Assembly: GCA_024346625.1 (NCBI GenBank)
Contig: AP024666.1
Span: 1,798,001 to 1,862,000, forward strand
Length of the DNA: 64,000 nucleotides
Source: Williopsis jadinii
Lineage: Eukaryota
Direction: 5' to 3'
How positions within the stretch are numbered: the first letter of the stretch is position 1; each line of letters opens with the position of its first letter. Under the pieces are notes generated by a model. The model searched no databases and was not told the origin of the DNA. It worked only from the letters and a program-made list of their open reading frames with translations. Position numbers and translations under genes: made by a program. Below are positions 33,701 through 44,493 of this stretch, piece by piece.

Positions 33701-33809
33701 TGAGGACTTTGATAAAGCCAGAAGGGAACTATCACCATCCGTGTCTACTGAAGAGCTCGAGCACTATTTGAGAGTTAGACAGAACTTTGAAGGTGGTAAG
33801 ACTAAGTAA
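30750..33809 (+). CDS. PEX6: Peroxin AAA ATPase Pex6
   Basis: SIGAPRIPNVTWDDIGG, GPPGTGKT, FFDELDS and LARVASP motifs. Confidence 0.96.
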   Translation: MTKEWEPPQLLGRSLVACDFSDDVTQSASISVSLDLRGRLPPNGYLAVKPLGSEHSDEFLVYRIDNNVISGDNRVKINDYSRFKEDVTFDTAVITTVEPVNLTKVIMTVPEEVYTLLKGHSGAELFRVLTDTMHLNVIHEGDKVLSHGKVLLCEPVPQGLLTKETTVTLIKSSDVVHSDAEELHTPEPMDSLVEDLDISLYLGNASTSTRDVEFDVDTLDLKPNYSIPLPLPNDDDTTTVYLKTSDLAELGCFSGDFIELVTDVENQVTKLVKVCSFVEPNHYKPGVLYVSPFFWLNSKCLKKAVARRSKDTFSNIPIASSITLARVASPITLNKAYQQPFFSALKFYFESKSRIVSVGDLIPVVIDTLLAKSLPLEYEGPIPIGNPNCVVWFRVTNVNNSEVEDGSQFIVDPSHSKMAQSGIVDIRPPSLTVNWIQYLGLPAIFDFESNDKLFPHAKQLIKLIKSSLKIPKLRTTILLTSLSRNIGKTFLVENIAQALGLHYTIVDGYDVLNPTSDMKTIGTIRGKLDRLVEDCSHLVILIKHLEALAIKQENNTKPGLISAKLVELIDEYTSKGAIFIASSNDADKLPEEVRSKFRFEIEVPVPAENERLKIFSHLLSKKDAFICRSDVSLTSLALQSAGLTPRDLISIVSNAKSMALERLEELSEELNKPLSSITLNNPVQITPGDFEKSINDARNKFSDSIGAPRIPNVTWDDIGGLDVVKDEILDTIDMPLKHPELFSNGVKKRSGILFYGPPGTGKTLLAKAIATNFSLNFFSVKGPELLNMYIGESEANVRKVFQRARDAKPCVVFFDELDSVAPKRGNQGDSGGVMDRIVSQLLAELDGMSGGDSGDGVFVVGATNRPDLLDEALLRPGRFDKMLYLGISDTHDKQQKILEALTRKFKLDPSVDLEKVANSCPFNFTGADFYALCSDSMLNAMTRVASEVDKKIAEYNKGKEDPVSLRWWFDNVATSEDIAVLVKDEDFDKARRELSPSVSTEELEHYLRVRQNFEGGKTK

Positions 33810-33952
33810 GAGATGGAATGAAAAAAAAGCAGACATTTATCATAAAAAGTACAGGTGTTTTTTTCCCTATTTATATACTCGTGATGTAAGCGCAAAAAAG
33901 AAGAGACAAGAGAAATCAAAGAACAATGACATGAAATCGTATGCATGCTTCC

Positions 33953-35551
33953 TTACAACTCCTTGAAGGCATCTCTACCGAAAAGGGCAATCTTACCCCA
34001 GTCAGCAACAACTTTGAATCTAGATCTCCATGACAAGATCATACCCAAGTACAGAGCTCTCCAGATATAGAAAGTGATGACACCACCACCGGAGTAGAAG
34101 GATTTGGCACCGTATGTGATGTTTGCAATGGCCTTCTCAGCACCGAGATAAGCCAAGGCACCCAAGTGAACGTATTTGAATGGTTTGAAGCCATGGTCTT
34201 GGAACAACAAATCAACCTTTTCGGTTCTGCTTTGCAATTCTTGGTGGAAGTTTGGAATTCTGGCCATCTTGTTCAATGTCTTTGTCAGGTACTCAGCTTC
34301 TTGGTGAGCAACTTGCGCAGTTGGTGGCAATTTGGCGAAGGCATTATCACCAATGGCAAACATGTTGTTTGTACCCTTAACTCTCATGTATTCGTCAACG
34401 ATCAAACCACGGTTAGCCTGGTTCTGTTCTGGGATCTTCTTGAAGACATCGGTGACAACCTTTCTTGGTTTGTTACCAGTAGCCCACACGAGAACACCGT
34501 ATGGGATCTTTGTCTCCTCAACAGTACCATCTTCAGCCTTGGTCTTTGCAATCAAATATTCCGGCTCGACCTTGGCGACTGCAGTACGTGTCTTCAACTC
34601 GATGGTTGTTTCTCTCAAGACATTTTCGGCAAAGGTGGTCAACTTCTTCTCGAACATGGACAACACGACTGGGAGAGCCTCAATCAAGACGATCTGCACT
34701 TCCTCAACCAAGTTTGGCATGAAGGTCTTCAAATCGTGGTCGATGTAATCCTGCAATTCACCAGCGGTTTCAACACCGGTTGGACCACCACCGACAACGA
34801 CAACGGTCAACAATCTCTTTCTCTCTGGGTCGCCCTTTGGCAACAAGTTGGCTCTTTCGACAGAGTCGATGAATTTGTGTCTAATCTTCTTAGAGTCTGG
34901 GATTTCCTTGAGGAAACAGCCGTTCTCCTCAACACCTGGAATGCCGAAAGTGTTTGGTTCAGCACCCACTGCAGAAACCAAGTAGTCGTACTTGATTTCA
35001 GCAAGCTCATTTGGATCAAGACCAACATTGATACCCAATCCATTAGTGGTACTGATGTTAGACACAGACTTAATGGTGACGGTGTTCTTGTCGGGATTTA
35101 TGGAAGTAGCCTCGGCTTCATAATAGGTGACATCACCTTTCTTCTTGTTTGCGAATGAGACGACTGGTTCCATGATGGATTTCTCATCAACTGTACCAAC
35201 TGGACAGGATGGCAACAATGGAGTAAACAAGAAGTAAGATCTTGGGGAGATCATCACCACGTTGTACTTGGTTGAATCAATGTGCTTGAGGAAGGAAATT
35301 GCACCCCAACCAGAACCCAACACGGCGATTGTTGGCTTGTTGGAGTCATTTGGGGCAATCACCTTTGGAGCCTTGTGGAAAGACTGGGAACCAGATGCAA
35401 CACCACCAGTTGCAGTGTTCTGTTGTGTTGTTGGCTCAGTTGGCTTTGGAATTGTAGCCATGGTTCTTGCTAGATGCCCCATTGGGGTGGCCACAGCAGC
35501 AGCTCTTTTCGTTGCGTTCAAGCAAGATCTCTTAACCAGTGATGAAAGCAT
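33953..35551 (-). CDS. NDI1: Type II NADH:ubiquinone oxidoreductase (internal type)
   Basis: [27 protein letters not shown] and [14 protein letters not shown] motifs; N-terminal mitochondrial presequence. Confidence 0.9.
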   Translation of the reverse strand: MLSSLVKRSCLNATKRAAAVATPMGHLARTMATIPKPTEPTTQQNTATGGVASGSQSFHKAPKVIAPNDSNKPTIAVLGSGWGAISFLKHIDSTKYNVVMISPRSYFLFTPLLPSCPVGTVDEKSIMEPVVSFANKKKGDVTYYEAEATSINPDKNTVTIKSVSNISTTNGLGINVGLDPNELAEIKYDYLVSAVGAEPNTFGIPGVEENGCFLKEIPDSKKIRHKFIDSVERANLLPKGDPERKRLLTVVVVGGGPTGVETAGELQDYIDHDLKTFMPNLVEEVQIVLIEALPVVLSMFEKKLTTFAENVLRETTIELKTRTAVAKVEPEYLIAKTKAEDGTVEETKIPYGVLVWATGNKPRKVVTDVFKKIPEQNQANRGLIVDEYMRVKGTNNMFAIGDNAFAKLPPTAQVAHQEAEYLTKTLNKMARIPNFHQELQSRTEKVDLLFQDHGFKPFKYVHLGALAYLGAEKAIANITYGAKSFYSGGGVITFYIWRALYLGMILSWRSRFKVVADWGKIALFGRDAFKEL

Positions 35552-37697
35552 TGCTTCTAGTGAAATTCTCTAAGGTTCTAATATGTTGTATAAGGATATG
35601 GTAAAGGAAAGGAATATGAACAGGATGCGATTATATCTAGAAGAGAGAAAAAGCAGGTGCTTGGTTGAGAGAAAGGGTGTTTTATATGGAAATCGATGTT
35701 ATAATTTTATGCAGACATGCCGGTACTTTTATACTCACCAAAAATCCGTTTGGCAAGTGCATGGAGGGGGGAAATGCGATAAAAGTGGACAATGCAGGAG
35801 TTAGCATCCAAAGTGCACCTCCCATATCTACCGTCGCCGGTGGTTTGGGGTGAGATACACAGTAAATTAATTTCATCCGTATACACACAGCGAAACCCAA
35901 GCCTTGAAAAGCTGAGAGCAGTGGCAGAGTTTGAAGAAAGAAACAGAGATGCATGCGTAATGCCGAAGAAAAGTAAAGCACACACGAAAAAAAAGAAAAG
36001 GTATTTCCGAGCCTGTTTTTCCTTTTTTATGTGGGGGCAAATCTTGGTGTAGGGATGTGTGTGGCCTACGGGCGGTGTGCAAAGTGGCTACAAGTGGTGA
36101 CTTGATTGACTGGCTGGTGTGTGTGTTTATACAGGCTCTCCTTCCATTACAATTGATCACACTGCTTCCCTCTCTTTCTATTTGTCTGCCACTCTCCTTA
36201 CATTGTTGTATTCAAGAAAGCCCAAAGAAGGCAAGATGTCATGGATCTGCAATCCTCATCGCTAATTGGCTCTGTGCGAAATTCAACGGTTTATGATTGG
36301 CTGAAGCGCAACGGCTTTCGGAGTTTAGCGTCTTTTTCATAGTGTTTTTAGAGTTTGGATTTGATGTGGCGGGGCATTGGTACCCTTCAAAACACACACA
36401 GAATTCCCGATCAGTTTTATCAATTCGTACCGTTTATGTTTGCGGTTGGTGAAAGCGGTGGGTGAGTTAGGGCAGGTTTGGAGTGTCCGTTCGCACAATC
36501 AGTTGTTGCCGTGGACACCCGTAAAAAGGAAGGCCCATATTCGTCTATGCGATGATTATTAAACGCGGGAGAAACCCGATTCTCTACAGTCAATTCCAAT
36601 GATACAGGGGTTTTCTGTTGAGTTTTTCAATTATAATCTCTCTATTTTTTTAACGCTGTCCGACCAGTCTTTATATAGATTAACACGGAAGTTGTGGTGG
36701 TTGTGGGTTGCCTCAAGCTGTGCTGTGGTATGCTCGATGTACGTATGTGGTCATTCAATGAATTATCGCTCAAAGGAGTCCTACGGGAAGCAACCAGTCA
36801 GGAAAAAGGACCACGGGAAGGCAATTGTTCACAAGTTGTGCAGATGTGATGAAATCATGGATCGTAGGCATGAAAATAAAGGGCTCGCAACAAGTTTTCC
36901 GGTAATCGGAACAAAGGCGACTTTTCAAACCTGTAGCCATGCACGAACTTGCCAGTGCATGAATACAGCCACACACACGCAGACCAGGGTGTGTGACGGT
37001 GTACAGTGGGTAGTACCTACGAACGCTGTACTACCAACTTCTGGTAAACTGCTATTGGTATTTTTGATCTGTGTGAGAAGCTAAAGACGATAGAAACTAG
37101 ACAATGTGGTGCCTGAAAAAAACCTTCATTGATGTAGCAGGTTGGGGTAAGTAGATCCGATATGACAATTTGCATGTTTCTCTTTTGTACAGCTTCACCT
37201 GAGCAGCTATGGCGTATGGGAAATATATAGGGAATTTTGGGGTGTTCTGTTAATCTCTAATTCTGTTTCCATTTGATAACAAATTTGGTACGGAAGAACA
37301 CATCTGCAGTGATATTCACTGTGTAATGTTCTTAATTATGGCCGATGCGTATTGAAAATTTGTTGAATAATTTATGGCCAATAATATAAGATTCCATTTA
37401 TCAAGTTTTAAATGAGTTTGCTGTGTTTTGGTATGTAGTAATTTTTGTTATATTAAAAAGACATTAATACTATAGTTTTGAGAGGATAATTACCTGATTC
37501 ACTTCTTTGACTTTCAAAGAAGTCATAGAAACTACATTAATCTACGTCTTTAGTAGTCAGTTGTTTATTTATTCAAAATCGTCACGTATAGCTCAAACAT
37601 GTCATATACAAGTCGTAGTCACTCTAAATATATCTAGTGCCCATATATACCACTCGTCACAGTGTGGTGTTTTAGATGCATTGCATAATCAATAAAT

Positions 37698-37743
37698 ACA
37701 TCCAGACATCTCAAACATCCATGCACCCAAACATCCATACACC
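37698..37743 (-). repeat. Degenerate ~8-bp ACAYCCAN array (Rap1-like/telomere-like)
   Basis: On the + strand: ACATCCAG ACATCTCAA ACATCCAT GCACCCAA ACATCCAT ACACC. Confidence 0.55.
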
Positions 37744-38016
37744 GCTAAAGTGTATGAACGCCAAAATCTTATGTGACAAACACGTGCTCCCCACCACCAA
37801 ATTAAACTGCGAATGTTAAGATATTTTTAGTAGAACTTCGCCTTGTAGCTATAAGCGACGAAACGTGTTAGCCTCATTCACACAGACCGAAGCTGTTTTT
37901 GTTACACATTTGTTTTTTCTTCTTCTCCTTCTTCTTATATATGGTTTAGCAGAAGGATTGGTTCTTAAACAGTCATTGGTCATTGTTCACTTCAATCGTT
38001 TAAGACATAACGCGCT

Positions 38017-38781
38017 ATGGACTTTAAACTTGATGAGAAAGTAGAATATAACGAATATAACCAGCCTTGGGTTAAGGAATCCGAGGATAAATTTGACATG
38101 GACCCACTTAGCCCCTTGCAAAGGGCGATATCCTCAAAGATATCTGAGGTTAGAAAGTATAACTGGTTCAGGCTCTATGGCGCAGAGACGCCCAACCTCA
38201 TCGCTGTTAAACCAAGTGAAGAGTTTAAGAATATGAGTGTGAATAAGGTTAAGGAGAACGCTCATTCTCTCAAGATCGAGAACCAATTGTTGAACTTGTT
38301 CATTATAATATTCACACTGCTTGCAACTTTTCAGTTTGCTCTCGTGCTTATAGTGAGATTTGACCTGGACCTCCTCGAATGGGATTACCATGTGTTATTC
38401 CATTATTCTTATCTTATTCTCCTCTTAATTGGGAAATGTTTGACATATACATTTATGGCTTCTTTCTTCTTAAGAGTATATATCGGTATTAAGTTGTTCA
38501 AGGACAGTGTTAAGACCAATGTACTGATGAAGCTTATAAAGATGCAATTTGTTGGTTTCCTAGCCTCATCACTCGTTGCCATAGGTATCCTGTCTGCAGA
38601 TATGGTGTTGAAGTTCTTATTAACAGAGTTGGAGGTTATTAACCAGGATGAAACTCTGATAAACACAAAAGTACTATCAATGGTTAATTGGATTACAAAA
38701 ATGGATTGGGTGTTTTACTCCACAGTAATAGCTGGCCTAGTACTGATGGGGTTTAGAAGACTGGTGAAATATCTTGCATGA
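38017..38781 (+). CDS. Hypothetical membrane protein (about 4 TM), no recognised family
   Basis: 254-aa ATG-initiated ORF with a hydrophilic N-terminus and four hydrophobic segments; TATA-like sequence near 37936. Confidence 0.6.
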   Translation: MDFKLDEKVEYNEYNQPWVKESEDKFDMDPLSPLQRAISSKISEVRKYNWFRLYGAETPNLIAVKPSEEFKNMSVNKVKENAHSLKIENQLLNLFIIIFTLLATFQFALVLIVRFDLDLLEWDYHVLFHYSYLILLLIGKCLTYTFMASFFLRVYIGIKLFKDSVKTNVLMKLIKMQFVGFLASSLVAIGILSADMVLKFLLTELEVINQDETLINTKVLSMVNWITKMDWVFYSTVIAGLVLMGFRRLVKYLA

Positions 38782-39928
38782 GTATTTGGACGGGGGGAGT
38801 TTAAAGATAGAAAATGCACTCGATTGGCATATGACGTGGATATGAGATATATGATGACTTTATAGGAATTGATACTGGCAGTTGGATATGATTGGCTAAG
38901 CATCTGTAATTTATACGTATTCGCATGGCTTAGGCGTACTCCACACCTTTGGAATATTATTATAGCATCACTGGACGCATTGATGAATGACTCTCTTGCA
39001 TTCAAGTCCAAATCGTGGCTTTTTTCGTCTTTGGCCGCAAATTTATGATCTTCCTCACAGCCAAGATGCCACAGATTCAGTAATTCAGTGTTTGTATTGA
39101 GTAAGTTTTCCAGCAGTATGCCTGAAGCTAGTTGTTGAACTACGAGTGATGAAATCAGTTGTACAGAGGTGGTGGTAGTAGGCCTTGTAGGTGTCTAATG
39201 TGCCTGTGAGTGTCCTCGCGAAGTTGTGGCATTGAAATACGCAGTGCAAAACAACGAACGAGCCAGCAATTGAAATAAGATCGAGGTATACCTATGGATC
39301 GTTCCTTACACCATTTCTTCGATGATGTGCTCAAAGATCGTCCAAGAGCGCTAGCGATGGCCAAGCCGATCTTCTTCACTAGTGGACAGGGGGTCAAAAA
39401 GCTGTCAAAGTAGAGAAGTGAGGTCAAGCCACTACTTAGCCACCCTTCTTACGATAGAACCAAGGATTCACAAATCAAATGCTACAGGACATATAACATC
39501 CGATTGTCGTCACGTCTGTGGTGCCTCTAAGGGTCTTTTGTGGCTTGTGAGAGTTTGGAGATGTCTGCGATAGTTGGGTAAAAGTACCAAAAGATTAGCA
39601 AGATGAGCCCGAATCGGGTCTCATTAGCCACTTTTTATAAAACCACTGTGGCTAAAAATCTTTTCTTTTTTTCGCTGTCTTTCTGTGGCACAGCCCAAAC
39701 TTTTACGACACCTGCAAGAAAAAGTTGACAATGTTAACGGTCAAACGATCACACAAAATCAAGGGACAGTGACTCAAGAACAAACAGATAAGCAAAAAAG
39801 CAGAAACCACATCGGGCATTATACGTTTATCTTTGATCGGTGATCCGTTCCTATTGTTCCCGTGCCTCAAGGCTCAACTCCAATACAACACGACAGAACA
39901 CTAAATGGAACAGAAAATTTCTCACAAG

Positions 39929-40059
39929 CCACAGTTAAGACAAGTCACGTGCTGAGCTGCTAACCATGGCGTATTTTGGTGATGGAAGCGTTATAATGCA
40001 TCAGCCTCTGTGGCGGTTGTTGTGTGATTGAATGCCGCCCTGGCACACAAAAACTGTGG
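39929..40059. promoter_or_regulatory. Met4-regulon sites (Cbf1 and Met31/32) upstream of the sulfate permease
   Basis: CCACAGTT 39929-39936, GTCACGTG 39944-39951, AAACTGTGG 40051-40059; further CTGTGG copies upstream. Confidence 0.75.
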
Positions 40060-40239
40060 AAACCTTTGCTCAATGAGTACATAAGGAGAAGAGAAAATTC
40101 CTTGCTTCAGAAATGTGGCTAGGGAGATGTCTTTGCTCATTCTGTTTCACATTATAAAAAGTTTGATAGATCTTCAATCCTTTCATTCAACCGACTGGAT
40201 ATCCATCTAGACCTTATAGAAATAACCCACTCTGAAGAT

Positions 40240-42552
40240 ATGACTGATCTCGAGTCCGGAACGAATTCTGGTTCTTCCAGCAAGGACAACGTTCATGAGC
40301 TGTACGAATTGAGAGACGAATCATCCCCACTGCTATACTCACACTCAGAGGAACTACCAACGGTTGTAGGTTGGTCTAAGAATGTTGTTAGAAATCCTAA
40401 ACAGAGGTTTATTGAATATACCACTTCGCTATTCCCAATAGCTAAGTGGATTCTACATTACAACTTAACATGGGCCTATGCAGACATCGTGGCTGGTGTT
40501 ACAGTTGGTGTTGTCATGGTTCCACAGTCCATGTCATATGCTAAGTTGGCAGGACTACCTGCTCAGTATGGATTGTATTCTGCTTTTGTTGGTGTCTTTA
40601 TCTACTGTTTCTTTGCAACTTCCAAGGATGTCAGTATCGGCCCTGTTGCTGTGATGTCTCTTGAAGTGTCGAAGATTATCACAAGAGTACAAGATAGAAA
40701 CCCAGATTTGAGTGCTCCCGTCATTGCTACAGTCTTGGCCTTCATCTGTGGTTGTATAACCGTCGGTATGGGTATCCTGAGATTGGGATTCATCTTGGAG
40801 TTTATCTCTTTACCTGCAGTGCTAGGTTTCATGACTGGGTCAGCATTCAACATCATTACTGGTCAAATCCCAGCGTTGATGGGATTCAATTCCAGATTGA
40901 ACACTAGAGATTCTCCCTACCTTGTGGTGATCAACAGTTTGCGTAACTTACGCCACACAAACTTGAACGCCGTCTTTGGTCTTATCCCATTGGTGTTGCT
41001 ATATGCCTGGAAATATGGTTGTAGCTTTGGTGAAAAAAGATACAAGAGATGGTCAAAGGTGTTCTTCTATCTACAAGCCTTGAGAAACGGTGTCATCATC
41101 GTGGTGTTTACCTGTATCTCTTGGGCTATCTGTAGAGGAAAGAGCTCCAGTGATCGTCCACTTAAAGTCTTGGGAACCGTGCCATCCGGTCTTCAAGACG
41201 TTGGTGTTATGAAACTACCACCTGGTATCCTGAGTGACATAGCTCCCGAACTACCAGCAGCAGTGATCATCTTGTGTCTGGAACACATCTCCATTGCTAA
41301 ATCATTTGGAAGAATTAACGATTATAAGATCATCCCAGATCAAGAGTTGATTGCCATTGGTGTTACAAATCTCATCGGTACTTTCTTCAACGCATACCCT
41401 GCAACTGGTTCCTTTTCAAGATCTGCTCTTAAGGCTAAATGTAACGTCAAGACACCACTGGCTGGTATCTTCACGGGTGCTTGTGTCCTTTTGGCGTTGT
41501 ACTGTTTAACTGATGCATTTTTCTGGATTCCAAGTGCTACCCTGAGTGCAGTGATTATCCATGCAGTGAGTGATTTGCTTGCTTCTTGGAGAGTCAGTTA
41601 CAAGCTGTACACAGTCAACCCATTGGATTTTGGTATCTTCATCATCTGTGTCTTCATCATTGTTTTCTCGTCTGTTGAAAACGGTATCTACTTTGCAATT
41701 TGTGCTTCGTGTGCATTGTTGTTGTGGAACGTCACTTTTCCAAGTGGTACTTTCCTTGGAAGAGTTAAAGTTGCTGAAGTTGTTAACCCAAGAATCGTTG
41801 AGACCTCCTCTGAAGAGGGTTCCACGGCTGAAATTGAAGAAGAACATTTCTACGAAGTGGGTAAATCTTTGGGTCAAGTTGAATACAAGAAACCAAAGCG
41901 AAACTTCAGATATCACTACAAATGGGTTCCAAGGGATCAAGCTGTTAACAGTGATGTTGAAATACTACCTCCACCACCAGGTGTTATTGTGTTTAGACCT
42001 ACACAATCCTGGACTTATACTAATTGCTCAAGACAATTTGATAAGGTGTTTGATGAAGTTCAAGAGAAGACCAGAAAGGGCAAGCTCAAACCAATTACGA
42101 ATAACATGGAGAGACCGTGGAACGATCCTGGTCCTTTAAGATTGCCTTGGAAAAAGATTGATCAAAGTGCAAGCAAAGTTGAAGACAATAGACCAGTTCT
42201 TAGAGTTGTTGCATTCGATTTCAGTTCGACTCCTCAAGTGGATTCTACAGGTATACAAACTTTAGTAGATTTGAAGAAGACTTTGAACAAGTATGCTGAC
42301 CGTGAAGTTGAATACCACTTTGCTGGAATACTGAGTCCGTGGATCCGTCGTGCTTTGATCAATGCTGGTTTCGGTGTTGCTAGAGATGATGGTGCAGTGG
42401 GTGCTGCCTCATATTACAACGTTTTGGAGGATGGTGATGCAGTATTGGGATATTCTCCAGCTTTGGACACCAGTACTCCATTCTTCCACTTGGAATTACC
42501 ATCTTTTGACCACCACGGTGCTGCTACAGAGTTAGAAGACCAATCTGCTTAG
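40240..42552 (+). CDS. SUL2: High-affinity sulfate permease (SulP with STAS domain), SUL1/SUL2 co-ortholog
   Basis: VPQSMSYA, ATSKDVSIGPVAVMS, YPATGSFSRSALK and RPWNDPGP motifs. Confidence 0.92.
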   Translation: MTDLESGTNSGSSSKDNVHELYELRDESSPLLYSHSEELPTVVGWSKNVVRNPKQRFIEYTTSLFPIAKWILHYNLTWAYADIVAGVTVGVVMVPQSMSYAKLAGLPAQYGLYSAFVGVFIYCFFATSKDVSIGPVAVMSLEVSKIITRVQDRNPDLSAPVIATVLAFICGCITVGMGILRLGFILEFISLPAVLGFMTGSAFNIITGQIPALMGFNSRLNTRDSPYLVVINSLRNLRHTNLNAVFGLIPLVLLYAWKYGCSFGEKRYKRWSKVFFYLQALRNGVIIVVFTCISWAICRGKSSSDRPLKVLGTVPSGLQDVGVMKLPPGILSDIAPELPAAVIILCLEHISIAKSFGRINDYKIIPDQELIAIGVTNLIGTFFNAYPATGSFSRSALKAKCNVKTPLAGIFTGACVLLALYCLTDAFFWIPSATLSAVIIHAVSDLLASWRVSYKLYTVNPLDFGIFIICVFIIVFSSVENGIYFAICASCALLLWNVTFPSGTFLGRVKVAEVVNPRIVETSSEEGSTAEIEEEHFYEVGKSLGQVEYKKPKRNFRYHYKWVPRDQAVNSDVEILPPPPGVIVFRPTQSWTYTNCSRQFDKVFDEVQEKTRKGKLKPITNNMERPWNDPGPLRLPWKKIDQSASKVEDNRPVLRVVAFDFSSTPQVDSTGIQTLVDLKKTLNKYADREVEYHFAGILSPWIRRALINAGFGVARDDGAVGAASYYNVLEDGDAVLGYSPALDTSTPFFHLELPSFDHHGAATELEDQSA

Positions 42553-42807
42553 AATAACCAAAACAGGGTGTTTCTGTTAATTAGACCTCTAATAATTTCG
42601 GGAGGTGTGTGTTTTTGATGGTTGGGTTAAGGTAGAGCTCTAATGCCTCTCTTAACTACTGATGATGATGATTTTTTTATTATGTATTTAAAATTTTGAT
42701 TTTATAAGTTTTGATTTATTCTATTAAGTGCAGCTACTTTGCTACAATCTGTAGATGACGATAGGGATTATAATTGATTGTTACATGGTATTCAATTTCA
42801 TTTCATT

Positions 42808-43524
42808 TCATTTGTCCATGTCGTCTTCAGGGATTAGTGGACAGTGTAGATCGTACCATTCTTCACCACCATGATTACACTTGCTCTTACCCTTTGTGAT
42901 GAATCCAACTCTATTGTAGAAAGGCAACAAGTTTTCCTTTGCAATTATGGCAATCTTATCACCAACGTACTGGTTTGAGAGTTTCTGTATGTAGTCGTGT
43001 AGTAATAACGTAGCAAGGTTCTTCTTCTGGTATTCTGGATGCACCACTATGGAATGGATGCCCACGGTTAACGAGGACTCAACATGGCCGTACAACACAC
43101 CCTGTGGGGATTTAGACCCCAATTCTGCGGTTGGCCTGCCCATTGATTCTTCTGTTATGAAGTCACCGTCAACCTTTGTACCAATGACATGGCCTATGAG
43201 ACGTTCCTTGACTATTGTGGATTTGGCCTCCGGTAGATAAGGGTCCTCCTCGTGTTCGTCATCGTCCTTGTTCTTCTTGGTAACGTGCATGTCTTCACCT
43301 TCATCTTTGCTCAGTGTCTCACCCTTGTTTTGATACTTCGGTTTGAATTCTCTTATGAACAAACCTGACGCCAATTCAGGGCACACTGTTAGTCTGTACT
43401 GTAGCGTATCCTTTGTACATCTCTCCGATGGTGGGAACCCTAAGACTTCAAGTGACAAGACCTGGTCCAAATCTTCAACGTTCAATGGTCTAATGGCCAA
43501 ATGTAGTGGGAGTTCAGAGCTCAT
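42808..43524 (-). CDS. PAA1: Polyamine acetyltransferase (GNAT)
   Basis: MSSELPLHLAIRPL, GFPPSER and HSIVVHPEYQKKNLATLLL motifs; first ATG at 43524. Confidence 0.9.
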   Translation of the reverse strand: MSSELPLHLAIRPLNVEDLDQVLSLEVLGFPPSERCTKDTLQYRLTVCPELASGLFIREFKPKYQNKGETLSKDEGEDMHVTKKNKDDDEHEEDPYLPEAKSTIVKERLIGHVIGTKVDGDFITEESMGRPTAELGSKSPQGVLYGHVESSLTVGIHSIVVHPEYQKKNLATLLLHDYIQKLSNQYVGDKIAIIAKENLLPFYNRVGFITKGKSKCNHGGEEWYDLHCPLIPEDDMDK

Positions 43525-44207
43525 ATCGTGATAAGTATATCCTTCTGAACGATGTAATGGGGGTGTAGGGGTGTAGGGGTGAGGGAGGTTGGACAAGTCG
43601 TGCAGCTTGGGTTTGGCTTTTTTTCCCTGTGTCTAAACTTTTTTGTTTGTCTCTTTACCATCTTGCTAAACATCCATACACCACCAGACAATTGGTAGGT
43701 ACTGTTGTCCCTTTCACAGGCGCTTTTATAAGAGAGACACAAGACAAATCGGACTACGCTGTGGGGGTTGACGAAAATAATTGTCCAAATGTCCTCTGTT
43801 TGTGTAGCTATAACTGGATGTTTGTCGGTTGTAGTGTGCTTGTCAGCACACCTACGGTTGGCATAAGTCCTTAGGCATTTGTCCGATGAGAGAACGGTTT
43901 CAGGACTAACGTGATGAGATGAATCACAATAGAGTGGAAGTTGTAGAACATGATCAAATCTTTATATGTAGCCATAACCAGTAAACCTATAGACGTTATA
44001 ACTTCTAATTGTATGGCTAGACATATCCTTGTTTCTCCTGTTTTAAACGACTCGAGTCGAAGCGCAGTCTAACTACACTGGAAAAAGAGACATGGTATGC
44101 ACCACAAAGGGTCGGCAGGATCAAAATGTTTGGACATTCGGCTTTTCCTCTGATACAAACAAGAGAAAACGGTGCCAACGCAGCTGTCACGAAAGGTACA
44201 CATAAAG

Positions 44208-44465
44208 ATGTCAACAGAAGCACCAGTATCACATATCATACCCCTAGAGCTTGTTGACAAGTGTATTGGCTCTAAAGTATGGGTTCTCATGTCTGGTGAT
44301 AAGGAATTTGTCGGAACAGTTGTTGGATTTGACGACTTTGTCAACATGGTGTTGGAAGACGTTGTGGAATATGAAGCTGATGGCTCACAAGTACATAGAA
44401 AGAAGATTCTCTTAAGTGGAAACCATATAACTATGTTGATTCCAGGAGGGGAAAGACCACAGTAA
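44208..44465 (+). CDS. LSM5: Sm-like protein Lsm5
   Basis: [27 protein letters not shown] and [14 protein letters not shown] motifs. Confidence 0.95.
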   Translation: MSTEAPVSHIIPLELVDKCIGSKVWVLMSGDKEFVGTVVGFDDFVNMVLEDVVEYEADGSQVHRKKILLSGNHITMLIPGGERPQ

Positions 44466-44493
44466 TACTGAAAAAGAAGTTTTTATTCTATCA

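Noticed and set aside
34166..35158. 330-aa ORF antisense to NDI1, and similar shadow ORFs elsewhere
   Set aside because: Antisense shadows of codon-biased genes, with no protein-like features.
35560..37100. Many short ORFs, including 36599-37084, upstream of NDI1
   Set aside because: No motifs; better explained as a long regulatory region, with CCAAT boxes near 36265 and 36296.
38715..39194. About 160-codon open frame on the minus strand
   Set aside because: No ATG near its start, overlaps the orphan gene end, and shows no recognisable motifs.
43525..43596. TTG-initiated N-terminal extension of PAA1 (also the GTG/TTG starts given for CDC1, NMO, MAG1, LSM5, PEX6, RPR2)
   Set aside because: Artefacts of bacterial-style start calling; the downstream ATG is the plausible eukaryotic start.
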